From a virus (Duplodnaviria; Caudoviricetes): a stretch of 53,877 bases of DNA. The position numbers were made by a program, and so were the translations under genes. Positions 1 through 11,226 of the stretch are shown here, piece after piece (the first letter of the stretch is position 1; each line of letters opens with the position of its first letter). The notes under the pieces are model-generated. The model saw nothing but the letters and a program-made list of their open reading frames with translations. It did not search any database and was not told the DNA's origin. The stretch is taken from the IMG/VR virus record IMGVR_UViG_3300046170_000029, positions 1 to 53,877 of that record, one strand, 5' to 3'.

Positions 1-786
1 ACAAAAGTTGATGGCAAAACTTTGGCAGCCTTGAACCTTACGAAATTGTCAGGTGCGATAGCACGCAGAGCATACGAAGTATGGCTTGGGCGTGGCGTGT
101 ACTTGGCTAACGCTGTTACATCAGTAGCACGTAAGGTTTATTCGTATGGAATGGAGATGGGATATGCTGAGAGCAACCCTTTCTCCACTTTCAAACGTAA
201 ATCTACACATGTTAGACGTACTGTGTGGACACAAGAACAAGTGATACAGTTTTTAGACGTAGCTTATAGTGATTTTAAGTACAGAAATGTAGGTTTGATA
301 GTACAAATGGCATATGAATGGTGTCAACGTATAGGAGATATGCGATTATTGCAGTTCTCAAGTATAGATTTTGATAAAAGTGTGCTAAATTTGCAACAGT
401 CCAAGAGAAGAAGTGTAGTACACCTACCAATTTCACTTGACTTATTAGAAATGTTAGTTCAGCAGAAGGAAGAATATGGTTTTCAACCCTATGTGACCCC
501 ACATTATCGACCTGTACGTGGGGAATACAAGCCTTATACCTTAGTAAGACTGTCAAAAGTAGGCAGAAGACTGATGGACATGGCTAAATTACCTAGTGAC
601 TTACGTATGATGGACTTAAGAAGGACAGGTACAACAGAAATGGTGGAAGCAGGAGTGCCAATGGGTCAAATTATGTCTGTCACAGGGCATGCTAACCCTC
701 AATCTGTTAAACCTTACATGAAAAATACGTATGAATCTGCAAATAATGCATTGACACTACGTAAAACCCATGGTATAAGCAAGTAA
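1..786 (+). CDS. int: Tyrosine recombinase/integrase (5'-truncated by window start)
   Basis: Catalytic-type motifs QRIGDMRLL (R), QQSKR (K), DLRRTG (HxxR position), TGHAN (H), VKPY (Y); frame is open to the window edge. Confidence 0.9.
   Translation, partial: TKVDGKTLAALNLTKLSGAIARRAYEVWLGRGVYLANAVTSVARKVYSYGMEMGYAESNPFSTFKRKSTHVRRTVWTQEQVIQFLDVAYSDFKYRNVGLIVQMAYEWCQRIGDMRLLQFSSIDFDKSVLNLQQSKRRSVVHLPISLDLLEMLVQQKEEYGFQPYVTPHYRPVRGEYKPYTLVRLSKVGRRLMDMAKLPSDLRMMDLRRTGTTEMVEAGVPMGQIMSVTGHANPQSVKPYMKNTYESANNALTLRKTHGISK
751..779 (+). promoter_or_regulatory. Sigma70-type promoter for replication genes, inside the integrase 3' end
   Basis: TTGACA (751-756) -N17- TATAAG (774-779) with extended TG, ~30 nt upstream of the primase start. 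Confidence 0.6.
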
Positions 787-811
787 ATGCCGACAAGGAA
801 AGTGATATATA

Positions 812-1591
812 ATGTATAATATGAATGAAATAATAAAAGAGTTAGATGTACCTAATGGTATGACAAAAAGAATCAACTGTCCTGTTTGTAAAGGATACAA
901 AACATTTACTGTAACAAACAACAAAGGTAAAGTGATTTGGAATTGTTACAAAGCTACATGTGAGACTAAAGGTGGACACAGAGTACACCTGTCAGTACAA
1001 GACATACGTGATGCTATCACACCTGATGTGATGGACACAGGAGAGATTGAGTTTAATCTACCTGACTTCGTAGTACCACATGGAGATAGAGAAGAGGTCA
1101 TAGACTTCTGCAAACAATGGAAGTTAGATGCAGATGAGCTTGACCTACACTATGATGTAAAAGAAAAACGTGTCGTGTTCCTAGTTAAAAGTAATGGCAC
1201 TACTGTGGATGCAGTAGGTAGGTCAGTCACAAATAGACTACCTAAGTGGAAACGATATGGAAAGAATAGTCTACCTTATACATACGGATGTGGTAAGGTA
1301 GCAGTAGTTGTTGAGGATTGTGTGAGTGCTTCAGTTGTAGGCAATGATGTATATGTTGGGTTAGCTGTGTTGGGTACGTCATTATCAGAATCACATAAGC
1401 AGTATCTCTCACAGTTCTCAACAGCAATTATTGCACTAGACCCTGATGCATTGCCAAAAACACTAGCCTTTGCAAAAGAGTTACGAGGATACGTTAATGA
1501 TATTAAAGTTCTTCGATTGACAGATGACTTGAAATATCGTAATACAATAGACATAGAGAATTTAAACAACCTAACCCAACAACAACAATAG
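812..1591 (+). CDS. DNA primase (zinc-binding + TOPRIM)
   Basis: N-terminal CPVC...CYKATC zinc motif; TOPRIM VVVVED...ALDPDA. Confidence 0.85.
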   Translation: MYNMNEIIKELDVPNGMTKRINCPVCKGYKTFTVTNNKGKVIWNCYKATCETKGGHRVHLSVQDIRDAITPDVMDTGEIEFNLPDFVVPHGDREEVIDFCKQWKLDADELDLHYDVKEKRVVFLVKSNGTTVDAVGRSVTNRLPKWKRYGKNSLPYTYGCGKVAVVVEDCVSASVVGNDVYVGLAVLGTSLSESHKQYLSQFSTAIIALDPDALPKTLAFAKELRGYVNDIKVLRLTDDLKYRNTIDIENLNNLTQQQQ

Positions 1592-1603
1592 AAGGAGACC
1601 AAC

Positions 1604-2828
1604 ATGGAACTATCATTAATAAGAAGTCTTATGGACAAAACATTCTACGATGACCACAGAGGTGCTAAATGTCCTGACAGATTATTCAGCAAAGATGTAC
1701 GTCAGATAAAGAGTGCCATAGATAAAGCTATGGATACGTATGAAAGAACAGTAACACCTGATGAGATTGAAGCATTGTTCATGTCCAACAATCCATCAAT
1801 GACTACTGCACAGAAGCAAGCATACTCTAGTTTGTTTCATCAGATAAAGAAGGAGCAACCACTTGGAACAGATATCGCACAAGAAGTATTGTCAAAACTA
1901 TTTCAGCAAGTTGTTGGCGAAGACATTGCTAATCTTGGTTTTGATTATGTTAATGGTGCTAAGTCCTCTCTTGAACCTCTTCGTAATATACTTGAGCATT
2001 ATGGGGATGACTTTACACCTAATCTTAGCATAGAGTGGGATGACATTGACTTAGATACTCTACTAGCTAAGAATGACTTTAGAAGCTAGATGGACATTCA
2101 ACATACCTAGTCTTACACGTAAGGTAGAAGGTGTGAATGCAGGACACTTGATTGAGATAGGTGCTAGACCTAATACAGGTAAGACATCTTTCCATGCTAG
2201 TCTGATTGCTAGTCCAAATGGTTTTGCACATCAAGGTGCTAACTGCATTATCCTATGTAACGAAGAAGGATATCACAGAGTAGGTGCAAGATACTTGACT
2301 GCATCGACAGGTATGGAAATGCGAGAGATAAAAGCTAACCCTGCTAAAGCACGTGACTTGTATGCACCTGTCAAAGATAGAATCAAGATTAAGGATGCGA
2401 CAGGTAGAGATATGGCATGGGTTGAGAGCATATGTAAAGCATACAAACCTGATGTAGTACTCTTGGATATGGGAGATAAGTTTGCACGTACAGGTGGCTT
2501 TGCTAGGCAGGATGAAGCACTAAAAGCAAATGCAGTATACGCTAGACAAATAGCTAAACAACATGAGTGTGCAGTCTTTTACATGTCACAGTTATCTGCT
2601 GAAGCTGAAGGTAAAGTTATACTGAACCAAGCCATGATGGAAGGGTCACGTACAGGTAAGGCAGCGGAAGCTGACTTGATGATACTGATTGCTAAGAACC
2701 CACAGGTAGAAGGGCAAGATGAAGAAGATACACAACGACATTTAAATGTAGTTAAAAATAAGTTGACAGGTTGGCATGGTAGTGTACACTGTGAATTGAA
2801 TTACAGAACAGCGAGGTACGAAGCATGA
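1604..2828 (+). CDS. DnaB/T7 gp4-like SF4 replicative helicase (apparent +1 frameshift ~2079)
   Basis: Walker A GARPNTGKT, Walker B VVLLD, SQL motif, EADL and VVKNK; ORFs 1604-2089 and 2073-2828 join if one T is removed from GACTTTAGAA. Confidence 0.9.
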
Positions 2829-4841
2829 AGCTAACATTAGACGTAGAGAATACAGTAACACATAGAGATGGTAAGTTACACCTAGACCCATTCGAGAAAG
2901 ACAACAAGCTAGTGATGGTAGGTTGCTTAACAGATACAGGTAAGGAGTATTTATTCAGAGATAACTATGATGGCTTACAAGAGTTGTTAGATGAAGCAAC
3001 TATTCTCATTGGTCACAATATTGTACATGACTTGATGTGGATATGGGAATGTGGATTCAAGTATGATGGCTCTGTGTTTGATACAATGTTAGGTGAGTAT
3101 GTCTTACAACGTGGACAGAAACAACCACTCTCTCTTGAAGCATGTGCAGAAAGATATAACTTGAATACTAAGAAGCAAGATACATTAAAAGAGTATTTCA
3201 AGAAAGGTCTTGGTGTAGATGAGATACCTGCTGATGAATTATCAGAGTATCTATCTGCTGACTTACATGCTACACAAGAGTTAAGCAATGAGATATATAA
3301 AAAGCTAAACTCTAGTGAGTATGGCGGACTGATGACTACTGTAGTCCTTAACGAATAGAGTAGCAGTTACACTAGCTAGGATATATCAAAGAGGATTTAC
3401 TGTAGATATAACTGCATTGGATAGTGTTAGAAAAGAGTTTGAACAGGAACGAAAAGACTTGAGAGCATCTTTGAATGAGCAAGTGAGTAAACTCATGGGA
3501 GATATACGTATCAATCTTAATAGTCCTGAGCAATTATCTTGGGTCATCTACAGTAGAAAGCCACATGATAAAGCTATGTGGGCAAATAACTTTGAGCCAT
3601 ACATGAGTGACTCAATGTTTCGTACAAATATTAAACAACACTCTAAAGTTCTTTACAAGCAACGTGCATCTACTTGCGTTGAGTGTAATGGATGGGGAGA
3701 AATTAGAAAGGTAAAGAAAGATGGAACACCTTATGCCAACCCTACCAAATGTAAGAATTGTAATGGGGATGCTCATACTTTTACTGATATTGTGGACAGT
3801 GTGGCGGGATTAAAGTTTAATGCACCTAATCCTAAATGGATAAGTGCTAATGGGTTCTCAACTAGCAAGACACAACTAGAGTTACTAGAAGGTGTAGCAA
3901 GACAACGTGGCATGAAAGAAGCTGAGAAGTTCTTACATGATGTACGTAGATTGAGTGCAGTTGAGACATACTTATCATCATTCGTTGATGGTATTAATAC
4001 ATACCTAAAGCCTGATGGAAAGCTTCATGTGAGATTATTACAACACAGAACTTCAACAGGTAGGTTTAGTGGTGCTGACCCTAATATGCAGAACATGCCA
4101 CGTGGCGGTACGTTTCCTGTGAAGAAGGTGTTTGTGTCACGTTGGAATGAAGGCAAGATACTTGAAGCTGACTTTGCACAGTTAGAGTTCAGAGTATCTG
4201 CCTTCTTATCACAAGATGAGGTAGCTATAAATGAAGTTTCTACAGGGTTCGATGTTCACTCGTATACGTCTAAAGTTATTACAGATGCAGGTCAACCTAC
4301 TACTCGCCAAGATGCGAAGGCACACACGTTTGCACCGCTATATGGAGCAACAGGATTTGGAAGAACTAAAGCAGAAGCTGAGTACTACTCCCACTTCACA
4401 GAGAAGTACAAAGGCATCAAGTCATGGCATTCCCGATTGGCTAAAGAAGCTGTAAACACAGGCAAGATAAAGACACCATCAGGTAGAGAGTTTTCTTTTC
4501 CTGATGTAAAGAGAAGAAGAAATGGAAGTGTATCGCACTTTACACAGATAAAGAACTATCCTGTTCAGTCATTTGCTACTGCTGATATAGTTCCATTGAT
4601 TCTACTAAAGATAGATGAGTTACTTAAACCTATACAAAGTTGTGTAGTAAATAGTGTACACGATTCTATTGTAATTGACGTTCATCCTAGTGAAGAAAGA
4701 CAGGTACTTGATATCATAACACATGTCAATTCACAGATGAATAGTTTGATTGAAACCCACTTTGGTATATCATTTAATGTACCATTATTATTAGAAGCAA
4801 AAATAGGAAACAATTGGCTTGACACTAAAGATGTTAGCTGA
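2825..4841 (+). CDS. polA: Family A DNA polymerase with 3'-5' exonuclease and DnaJ-like zinc-finger insertion (apparent frameshift ~3350)
   Basis: Exo motifs LDVE, GHNIVHD, YLSAD; pol motifs TGRFS..PNMQN, DFAQLE, RQDAKAHTFAPLYG, NYPVQS, VHDS; insertion CVECNGWG...CKNCNGDA. Confidence 0.93.
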
Positions 4842-4847
4842 TATAAC
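4819..4847 (+). promoter_or_regulatory. Sigma70-type promoter upstream of putative SSB
   Basis: TTGACA (4819-4824) -N17- TATAAC (4842-4847). Confidence 0.55.
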
Positions 4848-4884
4848 TATAAGACTTTAACAACTAGAGAAAGGAAATATATAT

Positions 4885-5784
4885 ATGACAAATGAAGTAA
4901 TAACAATTGATAAGGACAACTATTCAGCGATGGCTAAAGTCATGGGCATGTCAGGTGAAAGCACTTCTGAGAAGAAGCAAGTGAGTACTCTAGCAAGGCT
5001 ACGAATTAACCACACTCCTATCATGGGAGAAGAAGAGGTTAAGGGTAAGATGACTAAAGTCGAAGTAGTTGAGGGTGGTACTTACAAACTTGAGATACCT
5101 GACGGAGATACTTACTTTGCTACTTCAGCTAAGATAAGACCTTACATGCAGAGATTCATGTATAAAAGATTCGTCATGGGCACAGGTGATAAACCTAATC
5201 GTTACATTAAAACTATCATGGGAGACAATCTCAATATAGATTTAAAAGATAATGATGGTGGCTTCAACTGTGGTAAACCATCAGGTTGGATTAAGGACTT
5301 CAAGGCATTGCCTGAGAAGATGCAGGATTTAATCAGACAGATTAAAAGAGTACGTGCAGTGTTTGGCACGATTGAATTAATCAATCCAACAGATAGTGCA
5401 GGTAATCCTGTAGAAGTAGACAGTCTTCCTTTCATATGGGAAGTAGAGAATAGGGATGCCTTTAAAAGTGTAGGTGCTATCTTTTCTCAACTCGCCAAGA
5501 TGAAGAGACTGCCTGTACAACATATCGTTACAGCGAATACAGAAGAGAGAAAGTTACCTAATGGTAATAGCTTCTATCTACCTGTCACATCTCTTGATGT
5601 TACATCTGTATTAGACTTAAGCGATGCAGAGCAGACAAGGTTCGCTGACTTCGTAGCTTGGGTGCAGAATTACAATGAGTATATAATAAATGCTTGGAGT
5701 GAGAATGCAAACAGAGATATGAAGGATGAAGACATGAGTACAGTCGAGGACTTTGTAGACATTGATGCAGAAGAAGTAGCATAA
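4885..5784 (+). CDS. Putative single-stranded DNA-binding/annealing protein
   Basis: Position after polymerase, strong RBS (AAGGA), acidic C-terminal tail (DEDMSTVEDFVDIDAEEVA). Confidence 0.55.
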   Translation: MTNEVITIDKDNYSAMAKVMGMSGESTSEKKQVSTLARLRINHTPIMGEEEVKGKMTKVEVVEGGTYKLEIPDGDTYFATSAKIRPYMQRFMYKRFVMGTGDKPNRYIKTIMGDNLNIDLKDNDGGFNCGKPSGWIKDFKALPEKMQDLIRQIKRVRAVFGTIELINPTDSAGNPVEVDSLPFIWEVENRDAFKSVGAIFSQLAKMKRLPVQHIVTANTEERKLPNGNSFYLPVTSLDVTSVLDLSDAEQTRFADFVAWVQNYNEYIINAWSENANRDMKDEDMSTVEDFVDIDAEEVA

Positions 5785-6639
5785 TGAACCATCCTGCTGA
5801 ACTCGCAGTACATCAGTACATGTCTGATGCTGTCAATGGTAAGTCTGCTATGTCTGAAGAAGTAATTCAACAGGTAGGGCAATGACGTTATGGATGCCCT
5901 GCGAAAGCAGTTTGGTGGGGATAACAAAAGGGGTGACTTCACTTTACGTATGTCCAACTTAGGTAGACCTACTTGTCAATTGTGGTTTGAGAAGAATAAA
6001 CCTGAAGTTGCTTCAGCTAAACCAAATAACTTTATGATGAACATGATGTTAGGCGATATAGTTGAAGCAGTCTTCAAGGGTATACTCAAGAGTGCAGGTG
6101 TCAAGTATGAAGAACCTGAGAATGTATCCTTAAATATAGGAGACACAAAGGTATCAGGCACGTATGACTTAGTTATAGATGGTGCAGTTGACGATGTTAA
6201 GTCTGCATCTGCTTGGTCATACGATAATAAGTTTGAGTCCTTTGAGACATTGAGTGAGGGTGACCCCTTTGGCTACGTCAGTCAGCTTGTAGGTTATGCA
6301 AAAGCAGCCAAGAAAAAGATTGGTGGTTGGTGGGTAATCAATAAAGCTAATGGTGCATTTAAATATGTATCAGCACAAAATGCTGATGCAGACTATGAGA
6401 TGAAGAAGATGGAAGCAACAGTGGAGACTGTAAAGCATAATAAGTTTGCACGTTGCTTTGAACCTGTTGAGGAAACCTTTAGGGGTAAACCTACAGGCAA
6501 CAAGATACTAGGAGTTAGTTGCAGTTTTTGTAACTACAAACACTCTTGTTGGGATAACTTGAAAGAGTTACCTTCAGTTAAATCTAAGGCACAGTTCCCT
6601 AAGTTAGTAAACTATGTTGAATTAAATGTCACCTCATAG
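5784..6639 (+). CDS. PD-(D/E)xK (Cas4/RecB-like) exonuclease (apparent frameshift ~5878)
   Basis: LRMSNLGRPTCQLWF, GTYDLVIDG..DVKS, QLVGY, C-terminal CSFCNYKHSC; upstream ATG at 5784 (MNHPAELAVHQY) joins after removing one G. Confidence 0.8.
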
Positions 6640-7081
6640 TGTTCGTAGAGAAGCTATAAAATATGGGTATAGGAGTGGGTTAGAGCATGCCCTCTCCTTA
6701 TACTTAAAGGAACATAAGCACAAGTATGATTATGAATCTATTAAGATAGAGTGGGAAGATTTAACCTACAGAACCTATACCCCTGACTTTATATTAAACA
6801 ATGGTATTATAATAGAAACCAAAGGAAGATTCTTAGCAGCTGACAGAAAGAAACATTTATGTATAAAGAAACAACATCCTAATCTAGATATACGATTTGT
6901 ATTTACAAACAGTAGAAGTAAACTAAGCAAGGGTGCTAAGTCAACGTATGCACAGTGGTGCATGAAACATGGCTTTAGATACTATGACAGGATTATTCCT
7001 GAAGAATGGTTAAAAGAGAAGGGTAAGAATAAGCACCCTACCTTCATAAAGTTTAAGGGTACAAAGATAAAAAGGAGATAG
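6626..7081 (+). CDS. T7 endonuclease I-like Holliday junction resolvase
   Basis: YRSGLE, YTPDF, IIETKGRF, DIRFVF, TYAQWC..HGF motifs. Confidence 0.92.
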   Translation: MSPHSVRREAIKYGYRSGLEHALSLYLKEHKHKYDYESIKIEWEDLTYRTYTPDFILNNGIIIETKGRFLAADRKKHLCIKKQHPNLDIRFVFTNSRSKLSKGAKSTYAQWCMKHGFRYYDRIIPEEWLKEKGKNKHPTFIKFKGTKIKRR

Positions 7082-7084
7082 ATT

Positions 7085-7471
7085 ATGGATAAGACACCTA
7101 GAAAAAAACGAAGGGTAAGAGCAAGACTATTAAGAAAAGACTTTATTATACGAGTAAGACCTAGCCTTAACAGAAGGCACGAATGGACTGGTGCTGTTGA
7201 CATAGGAATAATAACAGACCCTGATAATAAAATGAACGATGACGATTATTATCAAGTGTTACATTTGTGCAAGATGATGTGTGCAATAGTTCCTTTGACA
7301 GAAGATGACAACGAACTTCGTGATGACATAAATGATTTTATAGAAAAGGTTGTTGACAAAGACTACCATGATATGATAAAAGAAAAGAACAAACCAAAAG
7401 CTAACATAGTTGGTGTCAAAGATAATGTTATACATATAACTATTGATTCGGACACTGAAGGCAATGCATAA
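7085..7471 (+). CDS. Hypothetical protein
   Basis: ORF with AGGAG RBS, tightly packed in operon. Confidence 0.7.
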   Translation: MDKTPRKKRRVRARLLRKDFIIRVRPSLNRRHEWTGAVDIGIITDPDNKMNDDDYYQVLHLCKMMCAIVPLTEDDNELRDDINDFIEKVVDKDYHDMIKEKNKPKANIVGVKDNVIHITIDSDTEGNA

Positions 7472-7743
7472 TGGAAAGGTATACAGATTATATGGCAAGA
7501 AAACTTAAAGAAGTAGAGCATACAAAACAGGACATGGTTAATAGTCCTGTCCATTATAACAAAGCAGGTATTGAAACCATTGATGCCTTAGAAGCTATGT
7601 TAGTGGATGGGTTTGACTATTATTTACAAGGTAACATAGTTAAGTACCTATGGAGATTTAGATACAAGAATGGTGTAGAAGACTTAAGGAAAGCACAATG
7701 GTATCTAAATAAACTTATTGAGGTCTACGATGATAAAAGTTAA
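7471..7743 (+). CDS. DUF3310 / T7 gp1.7-like nucleotide kinase
   Basis: DMVNSPVHY, IETIDA, GNIVKYLWR..YKNGVEDLRKAQWYL. Confidence 0.88.
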   Translation: MERYTDYMARKLKEVEHTKQDMVNSPVHYNKAGIETIDALEAMLVDGFDYYLQGNIVKYLWRFRYKNGVEDLRKAQWYLNKLIEVYDDKS

Positions 7744-7891
7744 AGTATTTCTTACATTGGAGATAGACCCTGAAGAGTACCCTATACCTGCTGATGAGAA
7801 TGTAGGAATAGAAATAGAAGAAGGCATACAAGAATACTTCTATGATGTAGAAGGAACTAAAATTAAGAACATAAAAACAATAACGGAGTAA
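7730..7891 (+). CDS. Small acidic hypothetical protein (53 aa, not in ORF track)
   Basis: MIKVKVFLTLEIDPEEYPIPADENVG... fills the gap before RNR; GAGG RBS. Confidence 0.6.
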   Translation: MIKVKVFLTLEIDPEEYPIPADENVGIEIEEGIQEYFYDVEGTKIKNIKTITE

Positions 7892-7896
7892 TAAAC

Positions 7897-9811
7897 ATGA
7901 TACAAAACTATTTACCAACGGACTACCAAAACTTCATAGCACTCTCTCGCTATGCAAGATGGAAGGAAGATGAACAGAGGAGAGAGAATTGGGGTGAGAC
8001 AGTAGACAGATACTTTAATTACATGTCTGACCACCTTAAGAAGAACTATTCGTACACTATTACTAAAGCTTTAAAAGATAAGCTTACAGAGCAGATAATG
8101 AGTTTAGGTGTGATGCCTAGCATGAGAGCCTTAATGACTGCAGGACCAGCTCTAGACAGGTGTCACGTGGGTGGTTATAACTGTAGCTACATACCTGTAG
8201 ATAGTCCACGTTCATTTGATGAATGTATGTACATTTTAATGTGTGGTACAGGTGTAGGTTTCTCTGTTGAAAGAGAAAGTGTAGACAAACTACCTGTAGT
8301 CAATGAGCATTTTGAGAAGTCATCTACAATAATAAAAGTAGCTGATAGTAGACCCGGTTGGGCACGTGCATTACGAGAGTTAATATCTTTATTATATGCA
8401 GGACAAGTTCCTACATGGGATGTATCTGAGGTAAGACCTGCAGGTGCTAGGCTAAAAACATTTGGCGGTAGGGCATCAGGACCTGCACCTTTAGTTGAGC
8501 TGTTTCAATTCTGCATACAGAAGTTTGAAGGTGCTAAAGGTAGAAGACTATTTCCTATTGAGTGCCACGACCTTATGTGCAAGATAGGTGAGGTTGTAGT
8601 TGTTGGTGGAGTACGTAGGTCTGCTCTTATATCTCTATCTAACTTAGGTGATGACCAAATGAGACACGCCAAGTCAGGTCAATGGTGGGAGAATGAAGGG
8701 CAGAGAGCACTAGCCAATAACTCTGTAGCATTTAAAGGTAAGCCTGAGATGGGTACATTCATGCGAGAGTGGACATCATTATATGAATCTAAGTCAGGTG
8801 AACGTGGTATCTTCAACAGACAAGCAGCCAAAGTTAAGGCATCTGAGAATGGTAGACGAGAGATTGAACACGAGTTTGGTTGCAATCCCTGTAGTGAAAT
8901 CATACTTAGACCATATCAGTTCTGTAACCTAACTGAGGTAGTATGTAGGGCTACGGATGACTTAGCATCTCTAACAGAGAAAGTACGTATGGCTACTATA
9001 TTAGGTACATTACAATCTACTCTTACTAGCTTTAAGTATTTACGTAAGATATGGAAGGATAATACAGAAGAAGAAAGATTATTAGGAGTTTCCCTAACAG
9101 GTATCCTAGATAATAATATATGGACAGAAGAAGTTCTCTCTATACTAAGAGAAGTGGCAGTAGAAACTAATAAGAAGATGGCTAAAGACTTAGGTATACC
9201 ACAGTCAACTGCTATCACTTGTGTAAAACCAAGTGGTACAGTTAGTCAATTAGTTGACAGTGCTTCAGGTATTCATGCTAGACACAATGACTACTACATC
9301 AGAACTGTACGTGGTGATAACAAAGACCCATTGACACAGTTTATGAAGGAGAGTGGTATACCAAACGAGCCTTGTGTTATGAAACCTGATAGCACTACTG
9401 TGTTCAGCTTTCCAATGAAGTCACCTGAAGGTGCAGTCACTAGAACACAGATGTCAGCTATTGAACAGCTAGAGTATTGGCTCATGTTCCAAAGACATTG
9501 GTGTGAGCACAAGCCTTCTGTTACTGTGTCTGTCAAGGAAGATGAGTGGATGGATGTAGGGAGCATGGGTGTACAAGAACTTTGATGAAGTATCAGGTAT
9601 ATCCTTCTTACCATTCAGTGACCACACATATGCTCAAGCACCTTACCAAGATATAGATGAAGCAAAGTATTATGCCTTGTCACAAGAGATGCCTGAGTCA
9701 ATTGATTGGTCTAAGTTAGCAGACTATGAGAAGGAAGACACTACATCAGGTGGTAGAGAACTAGCTTGCACAGCAGATGCCTGTGAAGTAGTTGACTTGA
9801 CATCTAATTAA
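7897..9811 (+). CDS. nrdJ: Class II (B12-dependent) ribonucleotide reductase, RTPR-like (apparent frameshift ~9562)
   Basis: PSMRAL, YNCS, GGVRRSA, NPCSE, FCNL, KPSGT, C-terminal CTADAC; no beta subunit nearby; 9569-9811 joins after removing one G. Confidence 0.9.
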
Positions 9812-9987
9812 TGTTAGAATCTGCTGAGTTATTATGGTGGCAATGGTGGTTACTTATCGCCATTTCCATCAATACAACTATAAACTTAATCGTGTTCTTT
9901 AAAGGTAGGAAGCTACACATAAGGGAACTATTACATCTTAAACCTAAGAGAAAAGGAGTTACACATGGAAAACCTAGCACCAAGTAA
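9811..9987 (+). CDS. Small membrane protein (58 aa, not in ORF track)
   Basis: MLESAELLWWQWWLLIAISINTTINLIVFFKGRK...; TAATG overlap with RNR stop. Confidence 0.5.
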   Translation: MLESAELLWWQWWLLIAISINTTINLIVFFKGRKLHIRELLHLKPKRKGVTHGKPSTK

Positions 9988-10390
9988 AGAGAACAGAAAG
10001 AAGTTTGATATAGACCTAGAGTATGGACAGGTAAGAGAACAGCTAGTAGCTGATATGTTACAAGATAAAAAGATAGAAGTTAAAAGTGAAAGAGATATGT
10101 GGCAACGTACAGGTAACATTGCCATTGAGTACCAATCTTATGGTAAGCCAAGTGGAATAGATGCAACTGAATCTGACTATTGGTTTCATAATTTGTGTGT
10201 AGGAGAAGATACTTTCTGTACATTAGTATTTAATACAGAGAGTTTAAAGAAAATAATAAAGAACTTAGATTATAAAAGGTCTGTCTCAGGTGGCGATAAT
10301 AACGCATCTAGAATGTACCTACTTAATTTACAAAAATTATTTTCATCTGATGTTATTAAAGCATTCAAGGAAGGAGAAGCAACAACATGA
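9965..10390 (+). CDS. Hypothetical protein, PD-(D/E)xK-like fold
   Basis: IEVKSE..TGNIAIE..GKPSGI..TESDYW. Confidence 0.6.
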   Translation: MENLAPSKENRKKFDIDLEYGQVREQLVADMLQDKKIEVKSERDMWQRTGNIAIEYQSYGKPSGIDATESDYWFHNLCVGEDTFCTLVFNTESLKKIIKNLDYKRSVSGGDNNASRMYLLNLQKLFSSDVIKAFKEGEATT

Positions 10391-10647
10391 GAGACATGAT
10401 ATTAAACGCAATCAAAACTAAGATGATAGGGCAGATGAATGCTCATATAGCTAACATAGAAGTGATGTTAGAGAACCCTGTTGGTGCACGAGACCGTGCA
10501 ACCGTAATAGACACTATTGAGAAAGAGATGTCTGCACTAGAGCATCTTGATGGAAGAATTAACGTACTAGTAAAATACTTTGAAAGGAGTAAAGAGAATG
10601 CAATTGAGAATCAACAACAAGAGAAAGAGAAATCCAAATCTAAGTAA
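10387..10647 (+). CDS. Hypothetical coiled-coil protein
   Basis: ORF with AAGGAG RBS, overlapping neighbours. Confidence 0.65.
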   Translation: MRDMILNAIKTKMIGQMNAHIANIEVMLENPVGARDRATVIDTIEKEMSALEHLDGRINVLVKYFERSKENAIENQQQEKEKSKSK

Positions 10648-10846
10648 ATATGATGCACCTCTAAAAATACAATTTAGTAGAGGTCTGAATGATTTTAAAA
10701 GAGGCAAGACACTTAATCCATATCACCCCAATACGATGCAAGCAAGAGAGTGGGATAGGGGGTTTAATGTATCCTACTTTCAACGATTAGAAAGGGTCAA
10801 AAGAGATGAAGCTAGAAGAAGAAGCGAACAGATACATGAAAGATAA
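10598..10846 (+). CDS. Hypothetical protein
   Basis: ORF with AAGGAG RBS; NPY...AREWDRGF motif. Confidence 0.6.
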   Translation: MQLRINNKRKRNPNLSKYDAPLKIQFSRGLNDFKRGKTLNPYHPNTMQAREWDRGFNVSYFQRLERVKRDEARRRSEQIHER

Positions 10847-11195
10847 GTTGGTCATAGCAGAAGTAATGACTGCTGAGTTCTATGAAATGAAAGCAGGACA
10901 AACAGCCATCTTCCCTAAAGACAAAGCCCTAGAGTATTTAGCTCTAGGGTTAACAAGTGAAGCAGGGGAAGTAGCAGGTAAAGTAAAGAAACTTATACGT
11001 GATGGTGCGGATATGGAAGGCTATGAGCTAAAAAAGATTGCCATCTCATCAGAGATAGGTGACGTACTTTGGTATTGTGCTATGATGGCTAAAGAGGTAG
11101 GTGTTCCATTGAATGAGATTATGAAAGAAAACTTGAAGAAGTTACATAGCAGAAAGGAACGTGGAACATTATCAGGTTCAGGAGATGATAGGTAA
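10806..11195 (+). CDS. mazG: MazG-like nucleoside triphosphate pyrophosphohydrolase
   Basis: LGLTSEAGEVAGKVKK...SEIGDVLWY..N..KL..RKERG.L.GSGDDR. Confidence 0.9.
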   Translation: MKLEEEANRYMKDKLVIAEVMTAEFYEMKAGQTAIFPKDKALEYLALGLTSEAGEVAGKVKKLIRDGADMEGYELKKIAISSEIGDVLWYCAMMAKEVGVPLNEIMKENLKKLHSRKERGTLSGSGDDR

Positions 11196-11203
11196 CAGTA
11201 ATG

Positions 11204-11224
11204 GGCAGGATATTGCACCTGCCT
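11204..11224. terminator. Hairpin between the convergent arms, possible bidirectional terminator
   Basis: GGCAGG-ATATTGCA-CCTGCC between mazG (+) and the 1204-aa gene (-). Confidence 0.45.
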
Positions 11225-11226
11225 AA

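Noticed and set aside
5784-6639. Cas4-like nuclease as evidence of a CRISPR system
   Set aside because: No repeat-spacer array or other cas genes seen; it sits in the normal exonuclease slot of the replication module.
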